64,000 bases of DNA from an uncultured cyanobacterium (GCA_963744145.1 CAVUSO010000001.1:256001-320000); one strand, 5' to 3'. Positions 49,750 to 61,192 are shown, numbered from the stretch's first letter. Numbers and translations: made by a program. Notes: generated from the sequence alone by a model not told the origin.

Positions 49750-51546
49750 TTAATCGCTTAATAATAACAGTCTTAAAGGATCTAAATGAACTAGCCAAGG
49801 AAAAGGGCGATCTTTGAAACTTTTCCAATTTTCTTTGAAAACTTCTGCTTGTAAATGATAGTCTTGGGGATTGATGGGGGCAGAATTTAACTTTAAATAC
49901 AGGGTCATCCGGTGGGGAGTTTCACTCTGATGAGCTAACCAACAAGGAAAAGTATTTTCCGCTTGAACAATATTGGGAAAAATTAATTGATGTGCCCGAA
50001 TCCCCACATGAGATAATGTTTCGGGAATAGATTCAATCACACGGAGCTGACATTGCCAATCGATCGCTTCGATTTCTTCGGCTGTTTTAATGATCGTCCG
50101 AGAGAAATTTTTACAGCCTGTTAGTTGAGCAACTCTAACTGTATTGGGATGTTCAAAAATCTCTTGTTTGTTGCCAGCAGCGATGATTTTTCCTTGTTCT
50201 AACACTAATAAGCGATCGCAAACACGATAAGCCTCTTCTAAGTTATGGGTAACAAAGATAGTTACACCTGAAAAAGTTTGGAGTGTGGCAATTATTTGTT
50301 TTTCTAATTGATAGCGTAAGTGGGTATCTAAGGCTGAAAATGGTTCATCTAATAAGAGAATTTCCGGGTTACTCACTAAGACTCTTGCTAGTGCTACTCG
50401 TTGCTGTTGACCTCCTGATAATTGGGATGGATATTGGTAGGCAAATTCTTGCATTTGGACCGCTGCTAATTGGGCGGTTATTTGGGATTGAGCGATCGCT
50501 GGGGGTGTGTTTTTGGGTAAGCCAAAAGCAATGTTTTCAGCTACCGTTAGGTGGGGAAATAAAGCATAATTTTGGAATAAAAAACCGACGCGGCGATCGC
50601 GGACTGGGAGATTAATTCCTTGGGCAGAATCAAATAATACTCGGTTATTCAAAACAATCTGTCCAGATGTTGGTGTTTCTATGCCCGCAATACAACGTAA
50701 AATGAAGCTTTTACCACTACCAGAAGCTCCTAATAATCCTAATGGACTATTAGAATTGCTGAAAGAGACATCCAATTGAAAATTAGCTAATTGTTTGTAA
50801 ATATCAACAAATAGCCCAGTCTGATTGACAAGTTCTTTTTTTTGTTTTTCAATTATTGGCTTAATTTGTAGGTTTTTTTTGACCCTATTTCTCTTCGATT
50901 CTTGCCAAAAATTGACTATCCCAATTGCTGAAAGTGAAATCGTTAAAATTATGATTGACCATGCCCAAGCTTCATTGGTTTCTCCACTTTCGACCGCAAA
51001 ATAAATTGCCATTGGGATAGTTTGAGTTTGTCCAGGAATGTTTCCAGCTAACATCAAAGTTGCACCAAATTCCCCCAAAGCACGAGCAAAAGCGAGGGTA
51101 GCTCCTGCTAAAATTCCTGGTAAAGCTAAGGGAAAAGTAATCCGCCAAAAAACGGTTATTTCATTTGCACCCAAAGTTCTCGCAGCTTTCTGGAGATTGG
51201 TATCAATTTGCTCAAACGCTGCTAATGTGGTTTTATACATCAAAGGAAAAGCAACTACTGTCGCGGTTATAGCTGCTCCATACCAAGTAAAAACTATGTT
51301 AATATTGACTAAATGTAATAATTGACCCAGAAATCCATTTCTACCTAATAAGATTAGTAATAAAAATCCGACCACGGTGGGGGGCATAATTAAGGGTGAA
51401 ATGAAAATTGCTTCAATCAGCGATCGCCATCTTCCTCGGTAATCTAGCATCCAATAGGCTGCACTAATCCCTAAAAAGAATGTAATTAATGTTGCTAAAG
51501 TAGCAATTTTAAACGATATCCATAAAGGAGAAATATCTGTGGGCAT
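49750..51546 (-). CDS. modB: Molybdate ABC transporter permease/ATPase fusion (ModBC)
   Basis: PLIMPPTVVG, ARALGEFGATLMLAGNIPG; GASGSGKS, LSGGQQQR, LLDEPFSALD. Confidence 0.92.
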   Translation of the reverse strand: MPTDISPLWISFKIATLATLITFFLGISAAYWMLDYRGRWRSLIEAIFISPLIMPPTVVGFLLLILLGRNGFLGQLLHLVNINIVFTWYGAAITATVVAFPLMYKTTLAAFEQIDTNLQKAARTLGANEITVFWRITFPLALPGILAGATLAFARALGEFGATLMLAGNIPGQTQTIPMAIYFAVESGETNEAWAWSIIILTISLSAIGIVNFWQESKRNRVKKNLQIKPIIEKQKKELVNQTGLFVDIYKQLANFQLDVSFSNSNSPLGLLGASGSGKSFILRCIAGIETPTSGQIVLNNRVLFDSAQGINLPVRDRRVGFLFQNYALFPHLTVAENIAFGLPKNTPPAIAQSQITAQLAAVQMQEFAYQYPSQLSGGQQQRVALARVLVSNPEILLLDEPFSALDTHLRYQLEKQIIATLQTFSGVTIFVTHNLEEAYRVCDRLLVLEQGKIIAAGNKQEIFEHPNTVRVAQLTGCKNFSRTIIKTAEEIEAIDWQCQLRVIESIPETLSHVGIRAHQLIFPNIVQAENTFPCWLAHQSETPHRMTLYLKLNSAPINPQDYHLQAEVFKENWKSFKDRPFPWLVHLDPLRLLLLSD

Positions 51547-51603
51547 ATTGAAAATTTTAAAAAAATAGATTATGCTATTTCTTCTAAAGATAACGATTTT
51601 TGT

Positions 51604-51659
51604 AACTATATATTAAAATATAGTTCTCTTTTGTTAAATAATGTGTAACTATCAATACA
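51604..51659 (-). promoter_or_regulatory. NtcA site with -10 box facing modBC, overlapped by a ModE-like palindrome
   Basis: TGTA-ACTATCAA-TACA at 51644-51659; TATATT on minus strand 22 nt away (51617-51622); AACTATAT-N6-ATATAGTT at 51604-51625. Confidence 0.6.
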
Positions 51660-51799
51660 ATTTGTTAATGATTTTATTTAATAATTTAAGCTGGGAAATC
51701 GGAATTTGCCCAGACTGGACAGAAAATTTAAATTAAGATTTAAAATCTAGATTTTTGTGATATGCTTTTTACGAAAAATATCAAGGTTAGGATCTAAAA

Positions 51800-52009
51800 A
51801 TGAAAATCAGTGCCCGTAACACCCTGAAAGCTACTATCAAGAAAGTCGTGATTGGAGCAGTTAATGCTGAAATAACCTTAGAGATTGCTCCTGGAGTTGA
51901 AGTAGTTTCTATCATCACCAAAACCTCGGCTGAAAATCTGGCATTAACAGAAGGTAAAGCAGCTTATGCCGTGATTAAAGCATCAGATTTACTTGTTGCT
52001 GTTGATTAA
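51800..52009 (+). CDS. TOBE-domain molybdate-binding protein (Mop/molbindin)
   Basis: MKISARNTLKATI..SIITKTSAENLAL..AVIKAS. Confidence 0.92.
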   Translation: MKISARNTLKATIKKVVIGAVNAEITLEIAPGVEVVSIITKTSAENLALTEGKAAYAVIKASDLLVAVD

Positions 52010-52042
52010 GATGTAAATAATTTCAGCATAAATTTTTAATTC

Positions 52043-52076
52043 AAATCCCCGATATTTAAACCGGGGATTTTTTTTT
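52043..52076 (+). terminator. Rho-independent terminator
   Basis: AAATCCCCG-loop-CGGGGATTT followed by T run, between convergent genes. Confidence 0.75.
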
Positions 52077-52341
52077 AGGCATTTTCAGTGGAAACAATTT
52101 GATCATTTTGATTAGATAATCCTAACTGTTTCGTCAATTCACGGGCCACATGAATTAAAAACTTAGAAGCATCAGGATTATCATGGTGGGCAAAGTAAGC
52201 AGCAACTTTGGCCATTGCTTGGATTAACCCAGCATCAATTAACTCTTGATGATGATCTAAGACTTCTGGTTCTTGACCATTAGGACAATGGAGTAATTTG
52301 TCAATTAAATTCAGATAAAGTTCTTCACGCTGTGCGGTCAT
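52075..52341 (-). CDS. Hypothetical protein
   Basis: 88 aa, YLNLIDKLLHCPNGQEPEVL..ELIDAGL; co-oriented with nif cluster tail. Confidence 0.75.
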   Translation of the reverse strand: MTAQREELYLNLIDKLLHCPNGQEPEVLDHHQELIDAGLIQAMAKVAAYFAHHDNPDASKFLIHVARELTKQLGLSNQNDQIVSTENA

Positions 52342-52349
52342 AATTTACC

Positions 52350-52982
52350 TCAAAATTTACATACCACAATATGAAAAATATGCCAGTATTTTTCTTCACC
52401 TAAAGCAGTGACTCCCGGATGTTCTTCTTCCTCAAATACCTCAATTTGCCAATCATCTTTTAACAAATCTGTTAATTGTTGACGGGTGACATGAGTCAGA
52501 GCAGGATAAACAGCCCAGGAATCCCGTTCACCAAAAAACTGTCCACAAAAACGTCCTCCTGAGCGTAAACAGTTCGTTATTTTTTGCCAGAATTCAGAGA
52601 AATGCTCTGGAGGACAAAAAGGGAGAGAAAAACTAGCATTAACCAAATCAACCGACTCTGGTAGAGTGATAGATTCAAACCGTTGAACACAGGTTTCCAG
52701 AAGCTTAAGATCCACATCTAAGCGATTCTGTAAACGAGTAATAGCATCGACTTGACCATCAATTCCTAAGACTCTCCACCCACGTCGTAGCAGTTCGACT
52801 GTATCTCGTCCATCACCACAACCTAGATCTACAGCAAAAAGATTTGACTGAACAGATTGATCGGTTTCAAATCTCGCTAAAGCAGTTAGTAAAGTGTCCC
52901 GTGGTGGTCGTCCTACAACTGCTTGATAATAAGCATTCCAATCTCGGTCAAAAACTTGACTTTTTTCTCCCTCTTTCATCAT
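52350..52982 (-). CDS. Class I SAM-dependent methyltransferase
   Basis: AVDLGCGDGRD, LRSGGRFCG. Confidence 0.88.
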   Translation of the reverse strand: MMKEGEKSQVFDRDWNAYYQAVVGRPPRDTLLTALARFETDQSVQSNLFAVDLGCGDGRDTVELLRRGWRVLGIDGQVDAITRLQNRLDVDLKLLETCVQRFESITLPESVDLVNASFSLPFCPPEHFSEFWQKITNCLRSGGRFCGQFFGERDSWAVYPALTHVTRQQLTDLLKDDWQIEVFEEEEHPGVTALGEEKYWHIFHIVVCKF

Positions 52983-53000
52983 TTCTCTGTTAGTAATTAT

Positions 53001-53303
53001 TTAAGCTTGCACAAGGGAACTATGAGTATAACAATTTTTCGGACAAACTCGGGAACAAGCTTCACACCCAATACAATATTCGGGATGAATAATACTCATT
53101 ACTTTCCGTTCAACTTCATCTTCATCCTCGTTGTCAACAAATTCTCCCTCCTCATTCATGGCTCGTAATTGTAACACATTCCGTCCACAAACCTTAAAAC
53201 ATCTGCCACAACCAATACATTTATCTTGGTTAATTTCCTGGACAAACTGGGGAGTCCATGTTTTACCACCAAAAGTCAAACCAGTTAATGTAGTCATTAT
53301 CAA
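53001..53303 (-). CDS. fdxB: Ferredoxin III, nif-specific 2[4Fe-4S]
   Basis: [11 protein letters not shown] and [12 protein letters not shown]. Confidence 0.9.
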   Translation of the reverse strand: MIMTTLTGLTFGGKTWTPQFVQEINQDKCIGCGRCFKVCGRNVLQLRAMNEEGEFVDNEDEDEVERKVMSIIHPEYCIGCEACSRVCPKNCYTHSSLVQA

Positions 53304-53352
53304 ACTCCTTGAATTTTCCTTTTTGTTGTTGCCTAAAAAAACGTAACCTCAA

Positions 53353-53655
53353 CTAAACCAAATAAGCTTCTTGGTGAGTACGAATTGTACAATCAGAACG
53401 TGGATAAGCTACACAGAGAAGCACAAATCCTTTACTCATTTGCTCATCATCTAAAAATACCTGCTCAGATTGGTCAATCTCACCACCTTTCTCAACTTTA
53501 CCAACACAACTAGAACAAGATCCAGAACTACAAGAAAAAGGTAAATCTATGTTATGTTCTTCTGCTACTTTTAGGATATATTTATCATCCGGAACAGGTA
53601 TAGTAACATCAAGATCCCGTTTCTTGTTAATCAGTCGCACATTATAAGTTGCCAT
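53353..53655 (-). CDS. fdxH: 2Fe-2S ferredoxin, nitrogenase electron donor
   Basis: [27 protein letters not shown]; position after hesB. Confidence 0.9.
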   Translation of the reverse strand: MATYNVRLINKKRDLDVTIPVPDDKYILKVAEEHNIDLPFSCSSGSCSSCVGKVEKGGEIDQSEQVFLDDEQMSKGFVLLCVAYPRSDCTIRTHQEAYLV

Positions 53656-53699
53656 TAGTCAATTCCTCAAAAAGTCAACAACCGAAAATTAAGTCAAGA

Positions 53700-54071
53700 T
53701 TAACTACAAGGTACACCTGTAGGAGTACAATCACCAGCTTGAAAAGATTGACCACAACCACAGGTATCTGTAGCATTAGGATTCAAAAATTTAAAGCCAC
53801 TTTGAGTTAAACCCTCAACATAATCAACCACAACACCTTCTAACAAAGGGGCACTGTTTTTATCAATATAAACTCGTACTTTTCCCAACTGTTCGCACAA
53901 ATCATCTGATTTAGGTTCGTTGATGATATCTAAAGCATATTGATAACCGCTACAACCTCCATCTGTAATGGAAAAACGCACACCCCGTTGAGATTGATTT
54001 TCACTTTTGCTAGAGCCTTGGAGAAAGGTACGAAGACGTAATTCAGCTACTTCTGTCAATGTTAATGTCAT
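53700..54071 (-). CDS. hesB: HesB/IscA Fe-S assembly protein
   Basis: GGCSGYQY, NPNA..CGCGQSF. Confidence 0.92.
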   Translation of the reverse strand: MTLTLTEVAELRLRTFLQGSSKSENQSQRGVRFSITDGGCSGYQYALDIINEPKSDDLCEQLGKVRVYIDKNSAPLLEGVVVDYVEGLTQSGFKFLNPNATDTCGCGQSFQAGDCTPTGVPCS

Positions 54072-54090
54072 AAAAAACTCCGGGAGATCA

Positions 54091-54960
54091 TTAAGTATTT
54101 GCGATCGCTTGAGCTAAATTTCTTTGCTCATAAAAGTCAGACTGATCTTTGTTAGTGATAGAATTACTAGCATTGAGAGGAAAATTTATATTAATCTTCT
54201 TCGTCAATTTCTTGCGATTCTTGTCACCACAAACTGGACAATTAGGATCATGATAAGGATGGAGTTTAGCGAAATTTAAAATTGCTAAATCCATAGTTAG
54301 TAATTGAGACAAAAGCGGTTTACCCAGACCAGTTAATAACTTAATTGCCTCTAAAGCTGTTAAACAAGCCAGGGTTCCCGATACAGCTCCTAAAACCCCA
54401 AAACCACGTTTATCCCAATCAGGTTTTTCCGGAAAAATACAGGATAAACAAGGAGTTTCACCTGGAATAATTGTAGTTAAATATGCCTCCATATCATTCA
54501 TAGCTGCTTCTACCATTGGTTTATCCCAGCGTACACAAGCAGCATTTAACAGATCACGTTCAATGAAGTTGTGGGCACAGTCAAGCACTACATCTGCTGA
54601 TTGAACCAAAGCATCAACATTTTCTGGAGTAACATATTCACAAACAGCATCTATTTTGACATCCGGGTTAATTTCCTCCAAGGTATGTTTAGCTTTAAAA
54701 ACTCTCGGTTTACCTACCCAATCGTCAGTCATTAAAATCTGACGATTCATGTCATCTAAACGTAAGTTACCACCTCGAACTAAGATTAATTTTCCTACAC
54801 CTGCAACAGCTAAATAAAGCGCAGCAGTGCCTCCTAAACCACCAACACCCGTTACTAATACTCTTGATGATTTCAGTTTTTCTTGGGCTACTTCTCCAAA
54901 TCCAGGTAACATAATTTGGCGTTGGTAGCGTTCTAATTCAGTTGGGGTTAGTTTTGACAC
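54091..54960 (-). CDS. hesA: HesA/MoeB/ThiF family protein
   Basis: RYQRQIML, GVGGLG, PCLSC, CPVC. Confidence 0.92.
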   Translation of the reverse strand: MSKLTPTELERYQRQIMLPGFGEVAQEKLKSSRVLVTGVGGLGGTAALYLAVAGVGKLILVRGGNLRLDDMNRQILMTDDWVGKPRVFKAKHTLEEINPDVKIDAVCEYVTPENVDALVQSADVVLDCAHNFIERDLLNAACVRWDKPMVEAAMNDMEAYLTTIIPGETPCLSCIFPEKPDWDKRGFGVLGAVSGTLACLTALEAIKLLTGLGKPLLSQLLTMDLAILNFAKLHPYHDPNCPVCGDKNRKKLTKKININFPLNASNSITNKDQSDFYEQRNLAQAIANT

Positions 54961-54972
54961 TGTAGTTTTTCC

Positions 54973-55290
54973 TTAATCAGCATTAATTTCAGTGAGCAGA
55001 ACTACATTTGCTGGTTTCTGATTAAACACTTTGAACAGTTTTTGGTCTAAAGAAGTAGAAGTCAGAAACAATTCGTAAGCATTTTGGAGTGCAGTTTGAT
55101 ATAAGCTAAGTTTTTCGGCTTCATCTTCTCCTGTCCAAGCAGCATCAATTTCTTTGACTAGCTGAGAAAATTTCTGCAAGATATGGAGACGATTGATATT
55201 CACAACTTGCGGATCGTAAGACAAATCAAAAAATTTGAAATAATCTTCCGCATCTACAAGTTTTTGAAAATCAGACAAAGTTTTACTCAT
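54973..55290 (-). CDS. nifW: Nitrogenase-stabilising protein
   Basis: AEDYFKFFDLSYDPQVVNINRLHILQKF..KLFKVF. Confidence 0.93.
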   Translation of the reverse strand: MSKTLSDFQKLVDAEDYFKFFDLSYDPQVVNINRLHILQKFSQLVKEIDAAWTGEDEAEKLSLYQTALQNAYELFLTSTSLDQKLFKVFNQKPANVVLLTEINAD

Positions 55291-55519
55291 GGGCTTTCTC
55301 CTGAATTTTTAGCTGTCGTTTGAGTTGATCTAATTGCTGATAAATTGCATAAGTTTCGGCTGCCATATCCATTAGTTTTTCATAATCAGTTGGCAATCCT
55401 TCAGCTAGATCGTGAAGATCCATTTTTTGTTGCCCAGCTTTGCTGTTCAGTCGTTTGATTTGAGTTTTTAACTCCTCAATACTGAGATTAATTGGGATTG
55501 TTTCGGTGGATTGAACCAT
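55283..55519 (-). CDS. CCE_0567/DUF683 family nif-associated protein
   Basis: KAGQQKMDLHDLAEGLP. Confidence 0.88.
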   Translation of the reverse strand: MVQSTETIPINLSIEELKTQIKRLNSKAGQQKMDLHDLAEGLPTDYEKLMDMAAETYAIYQQLDQLKRQLKIQEKAHE

Positions 55520-55606
55520 AGTTTATTGTCCTCATGGTTTAGTTGGGATATCAAGCTGCATAAATAAAATTAGGATATTTAATGCAGCTTGAGGTTAAGT
55601 CGGGAA

Positions 55607-56083
55607 TTACAGCTTACCAACTTCAGGGAACCGTTTGGCTAACTCAATCCCAGATTTAGTCAATTTCTCCCCTTCAGCAGCTAATTTCTCGAAGGAATCA
55701 AAGCCAAAACGTTGAGCATCTCGTAAAGTTCTTGCTACCAGTAAAAGACGACCAGAAAAAACTAACGACCAACCAAAACCTTCGTGACTTAAATCGATGA
55801 CTACTTGAGACAGTAATCCAGTTTCTTTTTCAATTAGCGCAGCGATCGCGCGAAAAAACAACTGAATCCGACCCTTAGTATTTGGATCAACATCACCATC
55901 AACGGAAATTTTGCGTTTAGCTTCCCGAGTGACAATAAATGACTTCAGCATCAATTCATCAGTCCAATTGCGGTAAAATCCATAGGAATCTTCCGAACGA
56001 ACTTGACGAATTAGCTCTTGAATAAATGGATGTTCTAGAGCATTAGTTTGAGTTACTTCAGTGAGAGTTTCAGTGGTACTCAT
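55607..56083 (-). CDS. NifX-associated protein (DUF269)
   Basis: LSHEGFG..GRLL..LRDAQRFGF. Confidence 0.9.
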   Translation of the reverse strand: MSTTETLTEVTQTNALEHPFIQELIRQVRSEDSYGFYRNWTDELMLKSFIVTREAKRKISVDGDVDPNTKGRIQLFFRAIAALIEKETGLLSQVVIDLSHEGFGWSLVFSGRLLLVARTLRDAQRFGFDSFEKLAAEGEKLTKSGIELAKRFPEVGKL

Positions 56084-56493
56084 ACAGCAGTTTCTTCCTC
56101 CAAATTATCTAAAAAGTTTGACTTTTGTTGTTGTAAGACTTTCCTCAACCAAGGGGGAGGATTGCCATTTAAAGTAGCGACTAACTTAGTGAGAACATCA
56201 GTAATCTCCTGTTCTTCAGATTGAGCTTTGACAGGAGTTATTCGGTTTTTCACTAAACGAGCAGCCGCACTCCCACCAATCGCTGAAACATAAACAATTG
56301 TGCAATCGGCAAGAGCTTCAATTTTGGGCAATAACTTGTCTTCATTACCATCTTCTTTCAGTTCACCTGCAAATTTTAAAGTTTCGACAAATTTATAACT
56401 CTCTGGTGTTACTTCATAAACATCAATCTTTTTTGCCCAACCAAAATGAGCATTAATATGAACGTTATCGTTGGTAGTAAATGCTATTTTCAT
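56080..56493 (-). CDS. nifX: NifX
   Basis: MKIAFTT..NAHFGWAK..AIGGSAAARL..PPPWLRK. Confidence 0.95.
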   Translation of the reverse strand: MKIAFTTNDNVHINAHFGWAKKIDVYEVTPESYKFVETLKFAGELKEDGNEDKLLPKIEALADCTIVYVSAIGGSAAARLVKNRITPVKAQSEEQEITDVLTKLVATLNGNPPPWLRKVLQQQKSNFLDNLEEETAV

Positions 56494-56543
56494 AATTAAC
56501 CTCTTACTGATGTTTGCTCTACCCTCTCCAGCTCAATCTCAAA

Positions 56544-57842
56544 TTAATGTTTAGATTCTTCTTGAGCCAAAAATAAATTACCAATCTCAAATAAAAGCTG
56601 TGTAGTACCTCGATAACCTACTGCACAACGTTGACCATTACCTAACTGATCTAAAATGGGAAAACCTTGACGAAACAGAGGAATATTTAATCTTTTCGAT
56701 ATGGATACTCCATGAGAATTAGTAATTAACAAATCTGAACCAACTGCTAATTCTTCAAAGTCTTCCAAATCACCGATCGTCACTGTTTCAATTGGTAATT
56801 TTTCCAAAGCTGGGGATTTAGTAGTTGTGACCGCTGCCTGAATTTCGGCTCCCATCCCCATTAATAATCCTACCATTGTAGATAACAAATCAGGTTCTAA
56901 TGCTAAAGAAACACGTTTACGTCCAAAGTAAAAATGAGTATCGAGCATAGCATCCTGTAACTGACGACGTTGGTAGCGATATTTTTCTGGAACAGGAATA
57001 CCACTCAAGTCAGACAATCCTTGCAAAAATTCATCGACCACTCCTAAACCAGTTACTTGGGGAAATACTTCATAGGGAATCCCAAACTGTTTTTCCAGAA
57101 TTTTGGCACTTTCTCTCATACTTTCACCCAAGGCTAAAGTATAGACTGAACTACCAATTTGTCTTAGTTCTGCTAATGTAGTTCCACCAGTCGTTACTGC
57201 ACCGTAGGAATCATCTAAATGACCATCCAAAGAACCAGATAAATTCGGTACAATAATGGGAATTAAGCCAAAAGCTGAAGTGATTTCTTTGATTTCCTGT
57301 ATATCACCAGGAGTAAAAGCAGAACTAAATAATAATGTCACTTGATGATGACGAGTTTCACCTAATTGGGGAAGTTCTCGCATCATACTTTCTACTGCTG
57401 CGGCAAATCCATCCTGTAAAGCACCTCGGAAGTCTGGTGTGGAGACAAAGACGATGGGTAAATCGTATAATTCTGGATGACGTTTGCGAATACTCTGAAG
57501 AATTCCTTTCATATCATCCCCCCGCGTTTCTGTTAGTCCAGTTGTGCAAAGACCAATAATTTGGGGATGAGACTTTTCTGCTAAAGTAAGAATTGCTTGT
57601 TCAACGTTTTCTTCTCCTCCTAAAATAGTAGTAATTTCTGTCATTGCTGTAGTCGAAAGAGGAATTGCTTCTCGGAAATGGCGCACTAAAGAGACTTTCG
57701 CAAAAGCAGTACAGCCTTGAGAGCCGTGGAATAACGGCATCATTCCTTTTAATCCTAAAAAAGCTAAAGCAGCACCTAATGGTTGACTTTGTTTCAGAGG
57801 ATTTACTGCTACTGATTTTTGACGGGTAATAATAGCAGCCAT
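56544..57842 (-). CDS. nifN: FeMo-cofactor scaffold NifN (start taken at MAAII)
   Basis: NPLKQSQPLGA, HGSQGCTAF, RHFREAIPL. Confidence 0.95.
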   Translation of the reverse strand: MAAIITRQKSVAVNPLKQSQPLGAALAFLGLKGMMPLFHGSQGCTAFAKVSLVRHFREAIPLSTTAMTEITTILGGEENVEQAILTLAEKSHPQIIGLCTTGLTETRGDDMKGILQSIRKRHPELYDLPIVFVSTPDFRGALQDGFAAAVESMMRELPQLGETRHHQVTLLFSSAFTPGDIQEIKEITSAFGLIPIIVPNLSGSLDGHLDDSYGAVTTGGTTLAELRQIGSSVYTLALGESMRESAKILEKQFGIPYEVFPQVTGLGVVDEFLQGLSDLSGIPVPEKYRYQRRQLQDAMLDTHFYFGRKRVSLALEPDLLSTMVGLLMGMGAEIQAAVTTTKSPALEKLPIETVTIGDLEDFEELAVGSDLLITNSHGVSISKRLNIPLFRQGFPILDQLGNGQRCAVGYRGTTQLLFEIGNLFLAQEESKH

Positions 57843-57843
57843 T

Positions 57844-59223
57844 TTAAACAGCCTCCTGTAGTTCCCACGGTGCTGGTTCACGGACCTGTGCCCAAATAGG
57901 ACTATATAAGGCTTCTTCTAATTCTCTAGCCATTGCGACCATCCCAGCATATCCAGAGTAGGAATGGTGACGTTCTTGGTTAATATCAAGAAAAGGTATT
58001 CTGGCTTTTAAAGCTGTATATTGATTGCGACCACCAGCAATTAACATATCAGCTTTAGTTTGAGCAATTACTTTCAGTAATTCTTGAGCATTACCTTTAT
58101 CCATCATAATGCCTTCTGCACCCAATAATTCCCGAATTTTAGCTTTATCTTCCTCGGTACTTTTTTTGGTGCTAGTCGCCACTACTTCCATTCCTAAATC
58201 TTTCGCTGCTGAGATAATTGACCAGCTTTTCACTCCTCCAGTATAAAGCACTACTCGTTTACCTTTAAGTCTGGCTCGATAGGGAGCTAATTTTTCAGTT
58301 AATTTAGTGGTTTCTTCAGTAATTAATGCTTCCACCCTAGCTTGTAATGTTCGATCGCCTAGTTTTTCCGCAATGTTCCGTAAGCAACGATTAATATCTT
58401 CTACACCATAGAAAGATTCTTCAATGTAGGGAATTCCGTAGCGTTCCTCCATTTTTCTAGCAATGTTAATAAGAGCTTTGGAGCAAATTGTCACATTTAA
58501 TTTGGCGCGGTGAGCATAACAAATTTCTTGATATCGAGCATCACCTGTCATTTTTGATAGCACACGAATGCCGAGTTTGTCAAATAAGGGCATGACATCC
58601 CAGAGTTCTCCAGCAATGTTATATTCACCAATTAGATTGATGTCATAGGGGGTGGTAAATTCTGGTTCAGCAGTACCAATAACATACTCTAAAAGGGATT
58701 CTCCTCCCACACGATTTCCTAAATTTTTGCTACCGATAAATCCGGGAGAGTTGACCGGAATCACCGGAGTTCCAGTTTTTTTAGCAGCAGCTTCACAAAC
58801 TACATCGATATCATCTCCAATTAATGCTGTGACACAGGTGGAGTAAACAAAAACTGCGGCTGGATTGTAACGTTGTTGGACTTCTAAAATGGCTTTGTAA
58901 AGTCTTTTTTCACCACCGAAAATAACATCGTTTTCACTTAAATCTGTGGTAAACCCCATCTTATAGAGATGGGAATCAGAGGAAAGACTACCCCGACTAC
59001 CCCAAGAATTGCCAGCACAAGCGATCGGTCCGTGAACTAGATGGGCTACATCCGTAATCGGTACTAAAGCGATCATTGCACCATCAAAAGCACATCCTCC
59101 TTGAGCAGCTCCTGGTTGGGCTTGTTGTTGACAAGCTTTCTTTTTTTCTTTATGTTTGTGATGGTTATGTTCACAACCTGGCTCGGTGAGGAGTTCGTTT
59201 ATTTTGCCTTGAGTAATTTTCAT
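57844..59223 (-). CDS. nifE: FeMo-cofactor scaffold NifE (start taken at MKITQ)
   Basis: [30 protein letters not shown]. Confidence 0.95.
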   Translation of the reverse strand: MKITQGKINELLTEPGCEHNHHKHKEKKKACQQQAQPGAAQGGCAFDGAMIALVPITDVAHLVHGPIACAGNSWGSRGSLSSDSHLYKMGFTTDLSENDVIFGGEKRLYKAILEVQQRYNPAAVFVYSTCVTALIGDDIDVVCEAAAKKTGTPVIPVNSPGFIGSKNLGNRVGGESLLEYVIGTAEPEFTTPYDINLIGEYNIAGELWDVMPLFDKLGIRVLSKMTGDARYQEICYAHRAKLNVTICSKALINIARKMEERYGIPYIEESFYGVEDINRCLRNIAEKLGDRTLQARVEALITEETTKLTEKLAPYRARLKGKRVVLYTGGVKSWSIISAAKDLGMEVVATSTKKSTEEDKAKIRELLGAEGIMMDKGNAQELLKVIAQTKADMLIAGGRNQYTALKARIPFLDINQERHHSYSGYAGMVAMARELEEALYSPIWAQVREPAPWELQEAV

Positions 59224-59234
59224 ATCTTTCTCTA

Positions 59235-59573
59235 CTAGCAAATGTATTTGGTAACGTCTTCGTGACAAACAGCGGTTAAATAATCAAGCGCCCGAAAGCG
59301 TAAATAAACAAACTCGTCATATAGCGGATTGAGTTTACACAAAGGGGGAATGTGATAAGTCTTTCCAAATAGATGCAAAGTTCGCTCAAAGGGACAGCAA
59401 CAAGGAATAACTTGACAAATAACATGAGCAAGTTTGCGATCGCGTACTTCAAATCTATCCACCCATTGACGCAAAGGTAACAAAATATCGAATCTGGGAG
59501 TTTTTTGCGGAGCTAGGGGATGGTGATGCTCATGAGTATGTTGGGAATGGGTGATAGTAGCCATCTGATTCAC
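59235..59573 (-). CDS. Mo-dependent nitrogenase C-terminal domain protein
   Basis: [33 protein letters not shown]. Confidence 0.88.
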   Translation of the reverse strand: MNQMATITHSQHTHEHHHPLAPQKTPRFDILLPLRQWVDRFEVRDRKLAHVICQVIPCCCPFERTLHLFGKTYHIPPLCKLNPLYDEFVYLRFRALDYLTAVCHEDVTKYIC

Positions 59574-59653
59574 AAAATTAAATGTAGGAAATGGAAGAAA
59601 TTGAAAAAAGGGGAAATTGAATTAGTTTATTTCCCCTACACCCTAGCTCTGAT

Positions 59654-61192
59654 TTACCGAATCAAATCGTAGGAGATATCAGTTTTGGATGGGATAATAG
59701 TGTTGCGATCGAGTTCATCAAGCAGTGTATTAACAATCCAGTTCAGTAAGTTAATCGCACCTTGATAACCGTAGGTAGAGTAACGGTGTAAGTGATGACG
59801 GTCAAAGATGGGATAACCAATGCGGACTAAAGGTGTGTGGGTATCGCGCCAGAGATACTTACCGTAGGAGTTACCAATTAACAAGTCTACTGGTTCAGTA
59901 AATAACAGCGATCGCAAGTGCCACAAATCTTTTCCACCCCAGAGAGTTGCACCTTTACCAAAAGGACTAGCATCAAGGATTGCCTGTAATTCTTTAGCAA
60001 ACACATCATTACTGTTGCTTACCAAAATATGCACAGGTTCAGCACCAATTTCTAGTAAGAATTGAGTTAATCCAATTACCAAATCTGGATCACCATACAT
60101 TGCCACCCGCTTGCCATGTAGCCATGATTGGGAATCTGTCAGTGCATCTACTGCCCGTCCCCGTTCATCTTCTAATTCCGCAGGAATTGGTTTACCTGTT
60201 AGAGCCGATAATTTCATCAAAAATTCATCAGTTCCCCGGATACCTACAGGACGACTAACATAAGTAGGTTGCTTCCAATCAGTAGTAATGTAATCGCGAG
60301 TTTTAGGAGTTGAATAAGCCTGTAAAGCAATGGTTGCTTCTGCATTAATTGAATCAGCTGCTTCTTCTAGTGGTGTACCACCGGGATACATTTTGTATTC
60401 TCCCGTATTCGGCGAATCTAAATATTCCGAATTATCAGCTAGCAGGGTATAATTTATCCCCATCAAAGATGCAATTCTCTTGACTTCTCGCAAGTTACCA
60501 ATGTAAGTTTCAAAGCCGGGAATAAAGTTAATCTTACCGTTGGTTGTCTCAGCTTTTTTACCTGCTGTCAAATTCGATAAAATACCCTTCATCATATTGT
60601 CGTAACCCGTAATATGGGAACCGACAAAGCTAGGAGTGTGAGCGTAAGGAACAGGATATTCTTTAGGAACAGAACCCGCAGCCTTAGCATTATTAATAAA
60701 TGCTTGCAAGTCATCCCCAATTACTTCAGCCATGCAGGTAGTGCAGACAGCAATCATTTTGGGCTTGTAGAGATTATAGGAGGTCGCCAAGCCATCAATT
60801 AAATTATTTTGTCCACCGAACACCGCTGCATCTTCAGTCATAGAAGAAGACACGGCTGAAAATGGTTCTTTGAAGTGACGAGTAAAGTGAGAACGGAAGT
60901 AAGCTACACAACCTTGAGAACCGTGAACAAAGGGTAGAGTTGCTTCAAAACCTACTGCGGCTAAAATTGCTCCTAAAGGTTGACAAGCTTTAGCTGGGTT
61001 AACTGTTAAAGCTTCACGGGCAAAGTTTTGTTCGCGGTATTCCCAAGTTTTTGTCCATTCAGCAATTCTCGCTACTTCTTCCGGGCTATGTCCACCTTCA
61101 AATTCTTTCTTACCAGCAAATAACTGTTGATATTCTTCCTGATGGAATAGGGTTACGTGGTCTTGAATTTGGTCTATATTGTTCTGAGGCAT
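59654..61192 (-). CDS. nifK: Nitrogenase MoFe protein beta chain
   Basis: [44 protein letters not shown]. Confidence 0.98.
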   Translation of the reverse strand: MPQNNIDQIQDHVTLFHQEEYQQLFAGKKEFEGGHSPEEVARIAEWTKTWEYREQNFAREALTVNPAKACQPLGAILAAVGFEATLPFVHGSQGCVAYFRSHFTRHFKEPFSAVSSSMTEDAAVFGGQNNLIDGLATSYNLYKPKMIAVCTTCMAEVIGDDLQAFINNAKAAGSVPKEYPVPYAHTPSFVGSHITGYDNMMKGILSNLTAGKKAETTNGKINFIPGFETYIGNLREVKRIASLMGINYTLLADNSEYLDSPNTGEYKMYPGGTPLEEAADSINAEATIALQAYSTPKTRDYITTDWKQPTYVSRPVGIRGTDEFLMKLSALTGKPIPAELEDERGRAVDALTDSQSWLHGKRVAMYGDPDLVIGLTQFLLEIGAEPVHILVSNSNDVFAKELQAILDASPFGKGATLWGGKDLWHLRSLLFTEPVDLLIGNSYGKYLWRDTHTPLVRIGYPIFDRHHLHRYSTYGYQGAINLLNWIVNTLLDELDRNTIIPSKTDISYDLIR

